A program made the translations under genes and the position numbers. The notes beneath the pieces are model-generated. The model had not been told where the DNA came from and made no database searches. It saw only the letters and a list, made by a program, of their open reading frames with translations. Shown one piece after another: positions 53,686-62,930 of a stretch of 64,000 bases of DNA (the first letter of the stretch is position 1; each line of letters begins with the position of its first letter). Source of the stretch: a virus; IMG/VR virus record IMGVR_UViG_3300028800_000002, positions 64,001 through 128,000 of that record, one strand, 5' to 3'.

Positions 53686-56082
53686 ATGCTTGATCAGTAC
53701 CTGAGAGTTGCCTATGAAAGCACACAAACCAAGGTGGCCCATCGGGAGCTCATCGACCAGTTGAAGACTCTACCGTTGGAAGAGCTCATCAAAGCGGCCA
53801 ACGGTGACCCTACCTCCAAGCTGACATACACCGACGGCCCATCTGACGGTCAATGGATCGACAAATACAAGGGCACCCCTTTGTTCGAGAAGGCCATTGA
53901 GCTCGAGAAGCAACTCTTGCAGATCGACATGCAGGAGAACCAAGAGCACGCAGCGCGCCGCGCAGAAGAGAAAGCGGAGGAGCCACGCACCAATTTTTAT
54001 GACCAGCGTGATGCGCTCAAGCTGCAGCAGCGCATGCTCGATCTCGAACTGGCTACTTCTCAAGAGTCTGGCTCAAACCCTGAGGCTAAAGAGGAGCAAG
54101 GTGCACAGTTGATTGAACAAGCGCAGGCTCAAGAGATCGCCGAGGGCAAGGGCAACGAGCCCCATGAACAGGCCGAGACTGCCGCATTGAACCAGTTTCG
54201 ACAGGCGCAACAGCAAGAGGCGGTGGAAGCACCGAAGACCGCCAGTGCACTACACAACGCAGCCAAGGGGATCAAAGGCTATGCAAAAGCGCTCGGCGGT
54301 AAAGAGCACGATAAACTGCGTGCAGCCGCTTTAGGGCATCATTTGGCAGATGTCTTTGGGCGAGCGGACGCGAAAATACAACGTGATCCTAAGATGGGGA
54401 GAGTGCTCAAGATACGCGCGATGGGGCATGACGTGCGTAACCTATCCCCTGAGGGTATTGAAGCTAGCGCTGACAGGCATGCACATGCCTCTAAGAAGCT
54501 GCATGGTTTAGCAGACAAAGCTGCAGACAATACATCCCGTGCACGCAAAGGTACTGCTCGTGTGGCAGGCGCCCTTGGAGGTGCAGGTATTGCAGCCGCG
54601 GCAGTCTCTCATCACAAGAACAAGGAAAAGACTGCAGGCAGCATTGTGAACTCCATTGTCCCGGAAACGCGCAGCCTAGGGCGCACCCCTGCTGGAGATC
54701 ATGCACAGGGCGCTGGGGCTGGTGAGGTTTTCAGTGATCCATCAGCGACGGTAACTGAAGGGCTGCAGGTCAACAAGACTGCGTCAGTTGCCAGCGCCGC
54801 GAGTCGGTTCAAGGAGCTGGCCACTGGAAGCAAAGCCCGCAAGTTAGAGGAAACTGCTAGTAACTGGGGACGCGCTGCAAACCTTTCAGGCAAGCACCCT
54901 GCGGTTGCGGGAGCTGGTAAAGCTGCCGAACGTTACGGCAAGGCGGCCAGGACAGAGCGACTCAAGTCTCTTGGTACGCAGGCGGCCTCAGCGGGAGGGG
55001 CTGTTGCCGCTGGTGCTGGTGTGAAACACTTGGCGCGCAAAGAGAAGACGGCAACGCCCTATGACGATTATTTGAAGACAGAATTGAATCAGCGTGGGCA
55101 TGAGCAGAAGGCAAAGAGCCAAGAGGCACATCCCACCCGTACTAGGATCCTTGGGGCGCTATCCGAAGGTGCCCGTGTTGGTATACCTTTGGGCTTAGGT
55201 AGCGCTGGGGGCGCGCTTCTTATGACCCGCAATCCTCGGTTTGCGTTAGAGCAAGGTATGAAGGGTCTAGCCATTGGCGGAGGTCTTGGTGCATTGGGTG
55301 GTTCCATGCAAACTCCCGGTGAGCTCGATAGGAACATGGCATCTATGTATGGGGATGCGCTCACTCCTGATTCGTTACGAGAAGATGCTAAATCTAGTAG
55401 GGAGCTAGGTGACCATATTGATAAGCATCCTACTCAAATACGTGCTGCTAGGGGTATTGGCTTTGGAGCGGCAGGAGCCCTCGGAGGGAGGCTCATCGGA
55501 GGTGCTCTTGGTCATCCAGATTTAGGGACAGCTATCGGTGCTGGCGGTGGTGCATTACTTGGTGCTTTGCCGAAGCCTAGTGGAAAGGGAGCTCATCAGG
55601 ATGCCGCTGAGATCGAGAAGTACATGCAGACCCGTGGTATACCCACGGAAAAGCAGGCTGGCATTGGGAGCAGCATCATACAGGCAGGACAGTCAGCACT
55701 GACGGCTGGTAAAGGCATGCTTGCCAATGCTGGCGGTTTGTCTGGATTGGGTTCGAAGGCGATGGGTTTTGCCAAGGCAAATCCCCTTGCTACAGCCGGC
55801 ATTGCAGGCGGGGCCGGACTTCTTGCAGGCAAAGCCCTAGCGCGCCCACAACAGCAGAAAGTAGCTGCGGTCGATATTCGAAAGGCACTGCAAGGAGCCA
55901 AACAGCTCCCTTTTAGGGTGAAGACTCTTGCGACTGAGGCCTATCGCAAGGGCGGAGTTCCTGAGGTCATAGGAACCTTCGAGGACAAAGGCATGGGCGC
56001 GTTGCAGGGCGCCTCCTCGAAGTTAGAGTCTGCAAAGAAGAAGTTTCATGCGCTAGCAACCGAGTACAATCCCTACATCTAA
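53686..56082 (+). CDS. 798-aa modular protein delimited by K-x-A motifs (polyprotein-like)
   Basis: AGGAG SD; TKVAH, IKAAN, PKTAS, EKTAG, NKTAS, EKTAT, EKQAG, QKVAA; glycine-zipper segments before several motifs. Confidence 0.7.
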   Translation: MLDQYLRVAYESTQTKVAHRELIDQLKTLPLEELIKAANGDPTSKLTYTDGPSDGQWIDKYKGTPLFEKAIELEKQLLQIDMQENQEHAARRAEEKAEEPRTNFYDQRDALKLQQRMLDLELATSQESGSNPEAKEEQGAQLIEQAQAQEIAEGKGNEPHEQAETAALNQFRQAQQQEAVEAPKTASALHNAAKGIKGYAKALGGKEHDKLRAAALGHHLADVFGRADAKIQRDPKMGRVLKIRAMGHDVRNLSPEGIEASADRHAHASKKLHGLADKAADNTSRARKGTARVAGALGGAGIAAAAVSHHKNKEKTAGSIVNSIVPETRSLGRTPAGDHAQGAGAGEVFSDPSATVTEGLQVNKTASVASAASRFKELATGSKARKLEETASNWGRAANLSGKHPAVAGAGKAAERYGKAARTERLKSLGTQAASAGGAVAAGAGVKHLARKEKTATPYDDYLKTELNQRGHEQKAKSQEAHPTRTRILGALSEGARVGIPLGLGSAGGALLMTRNPRFALEQGMKGLAIGGGLGALGGSMQTPGELDRNMASMYGDALTPDSLREDAKSSRELGDHIDKHPTQIRAARGIGFGAAGALGGRLIGGALGHPDLGTAIGAGGGALLGALPKPSGKGAHQDAAEIEKYMQTRGIPTEKQAGIGSSIIQAGQSALTAGKGMLANAGGLSGLGSKAMGFAKANPLATAGIAGGAGLLAGKALARPQQQKVAAVDIRKALQGAKQLPFRVKTLATEAYRKGGVPEVIGTFEDKGMGALQGASSKLESAKKKFHALATEYNPYI

Positions 56083-56978
56083 TGCCTGTCCCCATTGAAC
56101 TGCGCGAGCTCAAGGTTACCTCACTGGATGTAGATTTCCATGAGGTATCTTGGGTTGTAGCTCCCACGTCGCTCGACATCTTGGACTTTCAGTTCGAGGT
56201 GCTGCGCTCTGAGGCTGAAGAAGGGCCGTACGAATCGTTGGCGGGCCCGTTTGAGGACCGTTACTCCTTCATCGATAACATCGTCATGGTGCTTCATCGA
56301 TGGAGGACCTACCAGTACATTGTTCGTATCCGGGAGAAATTGAGTGGAGACTACAAGGATTTCGGACCAGTCTCTCATGACCCAGAGCCAGACATTGTCG
56401 CCATTGAACTACGACGACACATTCGAGTCCTCTTCCAGGAGTACGCAGGGAGACGATGCATTGTTCTTCCTGTTCGCACTTTTGGTCAGCGGTGCCCTGC
56501 TTGCTGGAATCCGATCTTGCAGAAGGTCACGAAATCGGGCTGCCTGACTTGTTACAACACTGGGTTCAATCGCGGCTATATGCATCCGATTGAAACCTGG
56601 ATTCAGATTGATCCGAGCACTAAGTCCCAACAGCACGGCAATCCTGGGGAAACACAGCAGGACAACACTACGCTGCGTCTTGGGTATTACCCATCCATCA
56701 AGCCGCACGATCTCATCATTGAGGCCGAGAATGTTCGCTGGCGTGTTGAGGAGCAGACACAGACTGAGCACTCGCGGGCAGCGGTACATCAGGAAGTGAA
56801 AGTACATCGTGTTCCAGAGAAGGATATTGAGTACGCCATTCCTGTGCACTACGCATCGGCGTTGAAGAACTTGTACTTCACTCCGGAGCGTAATTTTACA
56901 AACCCGACCAGTCTCAGTGCTTTTGAAAGCAATGAGGTACCTGGTATCTTTGACTTGTACTCGGTGCGTAGCAGGTAA
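56082..56978 (+). CDS. putative neck/head-closure protein with zinc finger
   Basis: N-terminal Fn3-like strands; RCPACW...GCLTCYNTG; ENVRWRV; position between head and tail genes. Confidence 0.55.
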   Translation: MPVPIELRELKVTSLDVDFHEVSWVVAPTSLDILDFQFEVLRSEAEEGPYESLAGPFEDRYSFIDNIVMVLHRWRTYQYIVRIREKLSGDYKDFGPVSHDPEPDIVAIELRRHIRVLFQEYAGRRCIVLPVRTFGQRCPACWNPILQKVTKSGCLTCYNTGFNRGYMHPIETWIQIDPSTKSQQHGNPGETQQDNTTLRLGYYPSIKPHDLIIEAENVRWRVEEQTQTEHSRAAVHQEVKVHRVPEKDIEYAIPVHYASALKNLYFTPERNFTNPTSLSAFESNEVPGIFDLYSVRSR

Positions 56979-56980
56979 CC

Positions 56981-57388
56981 ATGATCTCTAGAACGCCACT
57001 CTCGCAGTTACCCACAGCTCGGGCCCTCTTGAAGCTGGCAGAGTTGCCGGAACCCCCGGACTTTGTGGAGGCAGCGCAGTCTGAGCCGCGGCACCCAGTG
57101 CCTGAAAAGAGTGAAGCGGAGATCAAGCACCCAGTCTTGCATGCGTTGAAGTCGGTGGCAGCCCCAGCGGCTGCATTTGGTTTGGGTACTGCTGGTGGGT
57201 ACTTGGGCCAGTTAGGAATTGAAAAGGCATTGAAGTTGAAGCCACAAGGGGCTGCTAATTGGCAGCGCGTTGCTGCGCCGCTACTGACTGGTGCATTTGG
57301 CCTTGCCATGCAGCAGTACAAGTCACGGGAAAGTAAGGAGTTGAACCGTGCCGTCGAAGCCCACAATCGTCAATCTGAGCGGAGGTAG
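56981..57388 (+). CDS. small protein with two hydrophobic segments
   Basis: LKLAE motif; AAAFGLGTAGGYLG and VAAPLLTGAFGLAM. Confidence 0.6.
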   Translation: MISRTPLSQLPTARALLKLAELPEPPDFVEAAQSEPRHPVPEKSEAEIKHPVLHALKSVAAPAAAFGLGTAGGYLGQLGIEKALKLKPQGAANWQRVAAPLLTGAFGLAMQQYKSRESKELNRAVEAHNRQSERR

Positions 57389-58304
57389 TAGCTTCACAGA
57401 TGAACCCTTGATGCAGCTGAGGGTGCTGTACAACTCATTTGTCCGTGGTTTATTCAGCGCAGCCCCTAGGGGTTTTTACCATTGGAGCGAAGGGGAAGAG
57501 ACGGAGATCTACGTCTCTGATGAGCACCCGGTAAAGAGCGACAAGATCGGGCCACGCCCTTGCGTAAGCTTTACTCGTTCAGCTGTGCAGTTCTATTCTC
57601 TCGGCAACGACGACATGCTCGCTTTCAACTTCGACACCAGTCGCAAGAAGAAGAGCGTTCTAATCCCTGGCGTCATGAGCATCAATTGTAGTTCTCGGGT
57701 AGACCTCGAGAGCGAGCGCATCGCTTGGATTATTGGTGAGCACTTGTGGCTGCTACGAGAACAGCTCATGGGCTTTGACTTGTTTTTTGAGATCGGACGG
57801 CAAGCACAAATTTCACCACCAACTCCTGCCGAAGGCATCATCGTCATGGATGCCGGAGATGAATGGTACTGCACTACGGTGACTTCTCCGTTCCAGTTCC
57901 CTCGCACGTCCCAGGTGACTCCGCTGAACAAGACCATCGTGCAGCAGATCGAACTGCGGATGCGTTTGCAGCTTGAAGCTCTTTGGCAAAAGCGCACTGG
58001 GGGCCCGGTTGCCAGTCAAAATGGGGTTGATCCCGGCATGTACGTGACTGAGAAAGGGCCACCGGCGTTTTTCCCTCAGGCATCGGATGCCCATGGTCGA
58101 ACACCGGACCCGGGCGGACATCTTCCTCCACCTCTTCAATTAGCGCCTCATCCGCTAGATCCGGCACGAATGGTGGTCGTAAGGGCGACGCATCCGTACC
58201 GGCCTGGCTTGCGTGCACCCTCAATGGGCGGCCGTGCTATTCCCATAGCCCAGAGCTGCGTGGAAGAATCGAGCTCGATACCGCCTTTCAGAACGAAAGT
58301 ATAA
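57348..58304 (+). CDS. putative tail completion/sheath terminator protein
   Basis: Directly upstream of the sheath; RPCVSFTR...GVMSINCSSRVDLESERIA pattern. Confidence 0.5.
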   Translation: MPSKPTIVNLSGGSSFTDEPLMQLRVLYNSFVRGLFSAAPRGFYHWSEGEETEIYVSDEHPVKSDKIGPRPCVSFTRSAVQFYSLGNDDMLAFNFDTSRKKKSVLIPGVMSINCSSRVDLESERIAWIIGEHLWLLREQLMGFDLFFEIGRQAQISPPTPAEGIIVMDAGDEWYCTTVTSPFQFPRTSQVTPLNKTIVQQIELRMRLQLEALWQKRTGGPVASQNGVDPGMYVTEKGPPAFFPQASDAHGRTPDPGGHLPPPLQLAPHPLDPARMVVVRATHPYRPGLRAPSMGGRAIPIAQSCVEESSSIPPFRTKV

Positions 58305-58320
58305 GGAAGGAGCCTATTTC

Positions 58321-61300
58321 ATGGACGCAGAACTCCCGAGACCAGGCGTTGAGGTCGTACAAGTTATCCGCACAACTACCCCCTCGGTGGTTACCCCTAC
58401 GCTCGTTCCTTGCGTCGTCGGCGTTGCCCGCCAGGTCGTTGACCTGCTGGTTACCGATGGTAGCGGCAGCAAGCTTTTGAATTCCGAGGCTCTTGTCAGC
58501 CTGCCGGCGTTCTTTCTAGCGAAGGCTGCCTCTGGAACACCCCCTGTTTACACGGGTCTCAATACCCTGCACCTCGTCTTTTCAGTCAGTAATGGCTCGA
58601 ATGTCGATGTGCTCTTTTCGGACTCCCCTGCAGTTGGGCTTACACCCACCTCTGTAGTGGCCGCCATCAATAAGGCGTTGGCCGCAGCGGGCGTGTCATC
58701 CGCCATCTCTGAGTTGATCGGTACGACACGATTCAGGCTGCGCACGGTAGGAACCGGCCAGTACCAAAGCCTGCGCATCGATCCATCGACTAGTCCGGCT
58801 GTTTGCACCGCGTTTGGCATTGGCCTCGGTAAGACGTATGACGGCTTTGACAGCTATGCGCAGCTGGAAGAGTCCGTTCCTGAAGTCAGCTTGCCTGATC
58901 CCAATGGGAACTTGGCAGAGCTCAGCATTGAAGCTCCTAGCATTCGTGCCTTCTTGGCGATGAGTACTTCGAACTTCATCGAGGTTCTGCGCACAGAGGC
59001 CTTCCTTCGCAACGGGTCAGTGAACACGCATGCGGTAGTTACGGGCAGCGTGGACCTGACCAGTCTGACGTGGGCGCTAGGCGCTTCCGTTGCAGGCAAG
59101 TCGTTGAAAGTTTCCATCTATGGAGCAGCGGAGCAGACGGTTGCCTTCACGGCAGCTGAAACATCGATCTCGTTGTTTCTAGCCAAAATCAATGCTGGAT
59201 TGGCTGGGTTGGTTGCTACTGAAGCACCTACATCAAACTTCCTGGTGTTGACCAGTGTTTCCACAGGCGCTGCAGCCAGCATCATTGTTGGCAACGGGGA
59301 CATCGATGCCGTGGTTGGGCTCACCAACCTACAGGCGTCAACTGGGTCCTCTGTCGCAGTGGTCGATGATGGAAATGGGGACAACTTCTCTCCATTGCTG
59401 AAGTTTGCTGGGGTGGATTTCACCGCAGTGGGCGTGGCGGCATCTGTACAAGGCACCGTGGATCTCACCACGTTGACCTACCCGGCTGGCGTACAGGGCT
59501 TGTCCATTGAGATCAGTGACGGGCAGCAGCTGCAGACGTTGGTCATTCCCTCCACTACGATGGCGAGCGATACCGACTTAGTTGCCTACATCAATGAGGT
59601 GATGGGCGCTGCGTCAAGCGGTCGACTCTTGGCCACCATCGATGGCTCATCTCATCACTTGGTGCTGACTACCACCAACACAGGGGCCGATGCATTCATT
59701 TGGGTGAAGAGCGGCACGGCCCTTACCGTACTGGGCCTCACTGCGGACACGCAGGTTCATGGAACTCTTGGCCATGCTGTCGTGGGTGATGAGGTTTTTG
59801 TGGATGGAATCTCCGCAGGAACCATAATCTCAGTCGCCCCTGGCGGTCATAACGACATGCTCAAGGTGAACGCTCAGCAGGCGTTGACGACCAATTACGG
59901 CGACCACTGGTACATCGTCGCCAAGAACCTGACTGGCACGGGAGTCGATAGGCCGACCCCCAACTTGGTCATCGATGCCAACAATACGGCAACGTTGAAG
60001 AACACGCTGCTGCGCGACACCAATGGTGGTCCGATTTCTCCCACCGCAGGCCGGGCCCCGTTGTACTTGTCCTACACGGCAATCCGTAAGGATGTGTCGG
60101 CGCTCGCCAAGCACTCAGGGTTGCTGCGCTTTGACAGCCAGACCCAGATTGAGGCGAGCATTCCTCCGATCAGCACGAACAACCCGCTCGCGCTTGGCCT
60201 GTTCTTCGCCATTGCGAATGCCCCTGGCATCCAGATTACTGGCCTAGGCGTTGATGCGGTTAGCGCGGACGAACCTTACGGCACTGTGGAGGCGTTCAAT
60301 CGCGCTGCAGAGTTCCTGGAGGCGTTTGAAGTTTATGCTTTGGCTCCGTTGACTCACAACAATGAAGTGGGTCAGCTGTTCAAGACGCATGTCGACTTCA
60401 TGTCGGAGCCGTCCCAAAAGGGCGAGCGCATCGCGCTGTTCAACTCCAGCCAGCCTACGCATGCGCTGGATACGCTTGTGGGCTCTGGGGTCAATGGAAA
60501 CACCGTCGGCTCTACTGGGTTGAGCTTCGACACGGGAATCCCCAACCTGTCTGCGCTCTTGCTCAACAAGGGCGTGAACCCGGTCGGTACTATCGGTGCT
60601 GGCTCGGGCGTGTTCTTGGACATCGCGAGCGACGCTAAGAGCTATTCCATCTCGGCTGTCAACGGGTCCATCATCACGGTACGGATCACCTTCGATCCGG
60701 GTACCAATGACGATGACTTCTACTCGACAACGGCGCTCAATGTCCCTCCGCTGTCCAGCCAGCTCATTCAGGAGGTCTTCGCGGTCCGCATTCGCGGTGC
60801 GGCGTTGGTGACGGTGGATGGGAACCCGGACAAGAATGCCGTGGCTTCCGCCTATGCCGCAGTAGGACAGTCGTTTTCTGACCGCAGGTTCTGGCACACC
60901 ATGCCTGACCAGTGCGCGGCCACGGTAGATGGAGTGGAGCAGGTGCTCGAGGGCTTCTACATGAATGCTGCAATTGCCGGCATGATTGGACAGCAGCCTC
61001 CGCAGCAGTCCTTCACGAACTTCCCGATGTCTGCGTTCACGCGTGTCATTGGCTCGAGCAACTACTTCTCCGAGAGCCAGATGAACGTCATGGCGGCGGG
61101 AGGCACCTACATCATCGTGCAGGATTCTCCTAGCGCTCCGCTCATCGCGCGCATGGCCCTGACGACGGACCTGACTTCGGTTGAAACCCGTACGGACTCC
61201 ATCACCAAGGTCGTGGACTTCACGGCTAAGTTCCTGCGCAAGGGCCTGAAGAACTTCATTGGACGGTTCAACATCACGCAGGCCTTCCTCGACCAGCTCG

Positions 61301-61470
61301 GCTCAGTCACGGGTGGTCTTGGTGGTTACCTGGTGGAGGTGGGTGTCTTGGTTGGTTTCAACCTCAACAACATCATTCAGGACGAGGATGCCCCTGACAC
61401 CGTGCTGATTGACGTCCTGATCGATCCCCCGTACCCCTGCAACTACATCCGCATCACACTGGTGATCTGA
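58321..61470 (+). CDS. contractile tail sheath protein with inserted repeat domains
   Basis: N-terminal RPGVEV...VVGVA; C-terminal SITKVVDF...FIGRFN...IDPPYPCNYIRITL typical of sheath; 1049 aa. Confidence 0.9.
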   Translation: MDAELPRPGVEVVQVIRTTTPSVVTPTLVPCVVGVARQVVDLLVTDGSGSKLLNSEALVSLPAFFLAKAASGTPPVYTGLNTLHLVFSVSNGSNVDVLFSDSPAVGLTPTSVVAAINKALAAAGVSSAISELIGTTRFRLRTVGTGQYQSLRIDPSTSPAVCTAFGIGLGKTYDGFDSYAQLEESVPEVSLPDPNGNLAELSIEAPSIRAFLAMSTSNFIEVLRTEAFLRNGSVNTHAVVTGSVDLTSLTWALGASVAGKSLKVSIYGAAEQTVAFTAAETSISLFLAKINAGLAGLVATEAPTSNFLVLTSVSTGAAASIIVGNGDIDAVVGLTNLQASTGSSVAVVDDGNGDNFSPLLKFAGVDFTAVGVAASVQGTVDLTTLTYPAGVQGLSIEISDGQQLQTLVIPSTTMASDTDLVAYINEVMGAASSGRLLATIDGSSHHLVLTTTNTGADAFIWVKSGTALTVLGLTADTQVHGTLGHAVVGDEVFVDGISAGTIISVAPGGHNDMLKVNAQQALTTNYGDHWYIVAKNLTGTGVDRPTPNLVIDANNTATLKNTLLRDTNGGPISPTAGRAPLYLSYTAIRKDVSALAKHSGLLRFDSQTQIEASIPPISTNNPLALGLFFAIANAPGIQITGLGVDAVSADEPYGTVEAFNRAAEFLEAFEVYALAPLTHNNEVGQLFKTHVDFMSEPSQKGERIALFNSSQPTHALDTLVGSGVNGNTVGSTGLSFDTGIPNLSALLLNKGVNPVGTIGAGSGVFLDIASDAKSYSISAVNGSIITVRITFDPGTNDDDFYSTTALNVPPLSSQLIQEVFAVRIRGAALVTVDGNPDKNAVASAYAAVGQSFSDRRFWHTMPDQCAATVDGVEQVLEGFYMNAAIAGMIGQQPPQQSFTNFPMSAFTRVIGSSNYFSESQMNVMAAGGTYIIVQDSPSAPLIARMALTTDLTSVETRTDSITKVVDFTAKFLRKGLKNFIGRFNITQAFLDQLGSVTGGLGGYLVEVGVLVGFNLNNIIQDEDAPDTVLIDVLIDPPYPCNYIRITLVI

Positions 61471-61733
61471 TGAGTGACCGCTTTCACGCCGCCGTTCTGC
61501 AGGTTAGAGCCGAGCAGTTCTTCGAGGAGAAGGCTGCTGCGGCGGATCACTGCGGTCTTACGCCAGTCGACTACGCACTGTTCAACAAGGCGGCATCCGC
61601 ATTCTGTAAACAGGCCGAGCCCCCTCCACCAAAGGGGGTTTCGGTTTCAGAGTGGGACAGGATTCTAACCAAGGTACCGACTAAAGGGCCCGCTGCTCGG
61701 CTAATAAAGCGCCAGAGCATTGCGACCAAGTGA
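61470..61733 (+). CDS. small K-x-A protein between sheath and tube
   Basis: EKAAA, NKAAS, CKQAE; TGATG coupling to the sheath stop. Confidence 0.55.
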   Translation: MSDRFHAAVLQVRAEQFFEEKAAAADHCGLTPVDYALFNKAASAFCKQAEPPPPKGVSVSEWDRILTKVPTKGPAARLIKRQSIATK

Positions 61734-61744
61734 ACTTTTTACCG

Positions 61745-61753
61745 TGATAGACT
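61745..61753 (+). promoter_or_regulatory. putative extended -10 promoter (TGATAGACT)
   Basis: Hexamer ends 6 nt before AGGAG (61760) of the tube gene. Confidence 0.5.
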
Positions 61754-61773
61754 GAGAGAAGGAGCAAAACACA

Positions 61774-62538
61774 ATGGCTGGCAACTTCAGTGACTGGTCT
61801 CCCTACACGAACTACGTGCAGGCTGGTTTGGTCGATGGCGCGTACGCCAACGCAGGGTTCACCATGCTCGCTGCAGGTCCGCCTCGCATCTCGAACATCG
61901 GCGGGGCTGCCGCGTTTGCACAAGCTGTCAGCGGGACTGGGCAATCTGCCAACCAGATTGTACTTCCCGTCGGCATCGTGCAGAACTTCCAGCTCTCGCA
62001 CACTCGGCAATTCAATCGCATCTTTGAGATTGGTTCCGAGCGCAGCTACTTCATCACGGGCCGCACCGTGGGACAGCTGGGCCTTGGTCGCATCTACTAT
62101 CATGGTGCATCACTGCTGCGTACCCTGTACGCGTACTACCAGGACTTGCTCCCTCCGACGGTAGTGCCAGCGATGTTTCTCAACTCTGGCTCAGCCAGCA
62201 TGTCCAACCCGCACAATGTGGTAATTCCACCCGGGTACGAGAACATCTACATCAACTTGGCTTCGGACTTGTTCACGCAGCCCGTTGGCATGCTGATGTA
62301 TGTGCGGGACATCAATCAGGATGCTCTGGGCGCCGTGTACTTCGAGGCGTGCTACCTACCAAACCACACTTGGGCGACGGACGCTCAGGGCGTGCTCATT
62401 CAAGAGTCAGTGGCCATGCAGTTCGAACGGGCAGTGCCCGTGGCGATCTCAGCGTTGACACTCATCTCGAGCGCGACCAATCCCAATGCGGGTGGCTCTA
62501 ATACCAATGCGACCTTCCTAGGCATCCCCGGGTCCTAA
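61774..62538 (+). CDS. tail tube protein
   Basis: VGIVQNFQL...RIFEIGS...YFEACY...IQESVAMQF tube-like strands; follows the sheath. Confidence 0.8.
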   Translation: MAGNFSDWSPYTNYVQAGLVDGAYANAGFTMLAAGPPRISNIGGAAAFAQAVSGTGQSANQIVLPVGIVQNFQLSHTRQFNRIFEIGSERSYFITGRTVGQLGLGRIYYHGASLLRTLYAYYQDLLPPTVVPAMFLNSGSASMSNPHNVVIPPGYENIYINLASDLFTQPVGMLMYVRDINQDALGAVYFEACYLPNHTWATDAQGVLIQESVAMQFERAVPVAISALTLISSATNPNAGGSNTNATFLGIPGS

Positions 62539-62915
62539 TGAGCGCGAGCACTGCTCCTTTTGTGCTGCAAGGCACGCTCACTGTGACGCTCCCTGGGCAG
62601 CCGCCGACGCCGCTGCCTTTCGGGCTTTCCGGGGCATTTTCCTCATTGATGAGCGAGCGGCTCATAATGTCGGGTGCTGGGACTGAAGACGTCTCTCTTG
62701 GAACTATCGTAGGAGCTAAGCTCTTGCTGCTCGAGTACGTTGCCGCTGAGGGAGCTGCCGCCATTACCCTGCACATCAATGGCAGCACCGATGGCCTTGA
62801 ACTTTCCCCAGGTGGGGTTTTACTTTATGGAAGCCCCAACCCAACTATTGGCCTCACTGCATTGAGTATTGAGCGCACGGTAGCTGCCGAGGTTCTCGTC
62901 CACGTCTTAGGCTGA
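62538..62915 (+). CDS. hypothetical beta-rich virion protein (125 aa)
   Basis: TAATG coupling to the tube gene. Confidence 0.6.
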   Translation: MSASTAPFVLQGTLTVTLPGQPPTPLPFGLSGAFSSLMSERLIMSGAGTEDVSLGTIVGAKLLLLEYVAAEGAAAITLHINGSTDGLELSPGGVLLYGSPNPTIGLTALSIERTVAAEVLVHVLG

Positions 62916-62921
62916 TAAGCT
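62913..62921 (+). promoter_or_regulatory. putative extended -10 promoter (TGATAAGCT), near-leaderless
   Basis: Hexamer ends 9 nt before TTG 62931, which has no SD; overlaps the upstream stop codon. Confidence 0.35.
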
Positions 62922-62930
62922 AGTGGGGCT

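Noticed and set aside
32700-62538. Sheath, tube and spike as a tailocin or extracellular contractile injection system
   Set aside because: Portal, terminase, protease and capsid genes and a full replisome are present, indicating a phage
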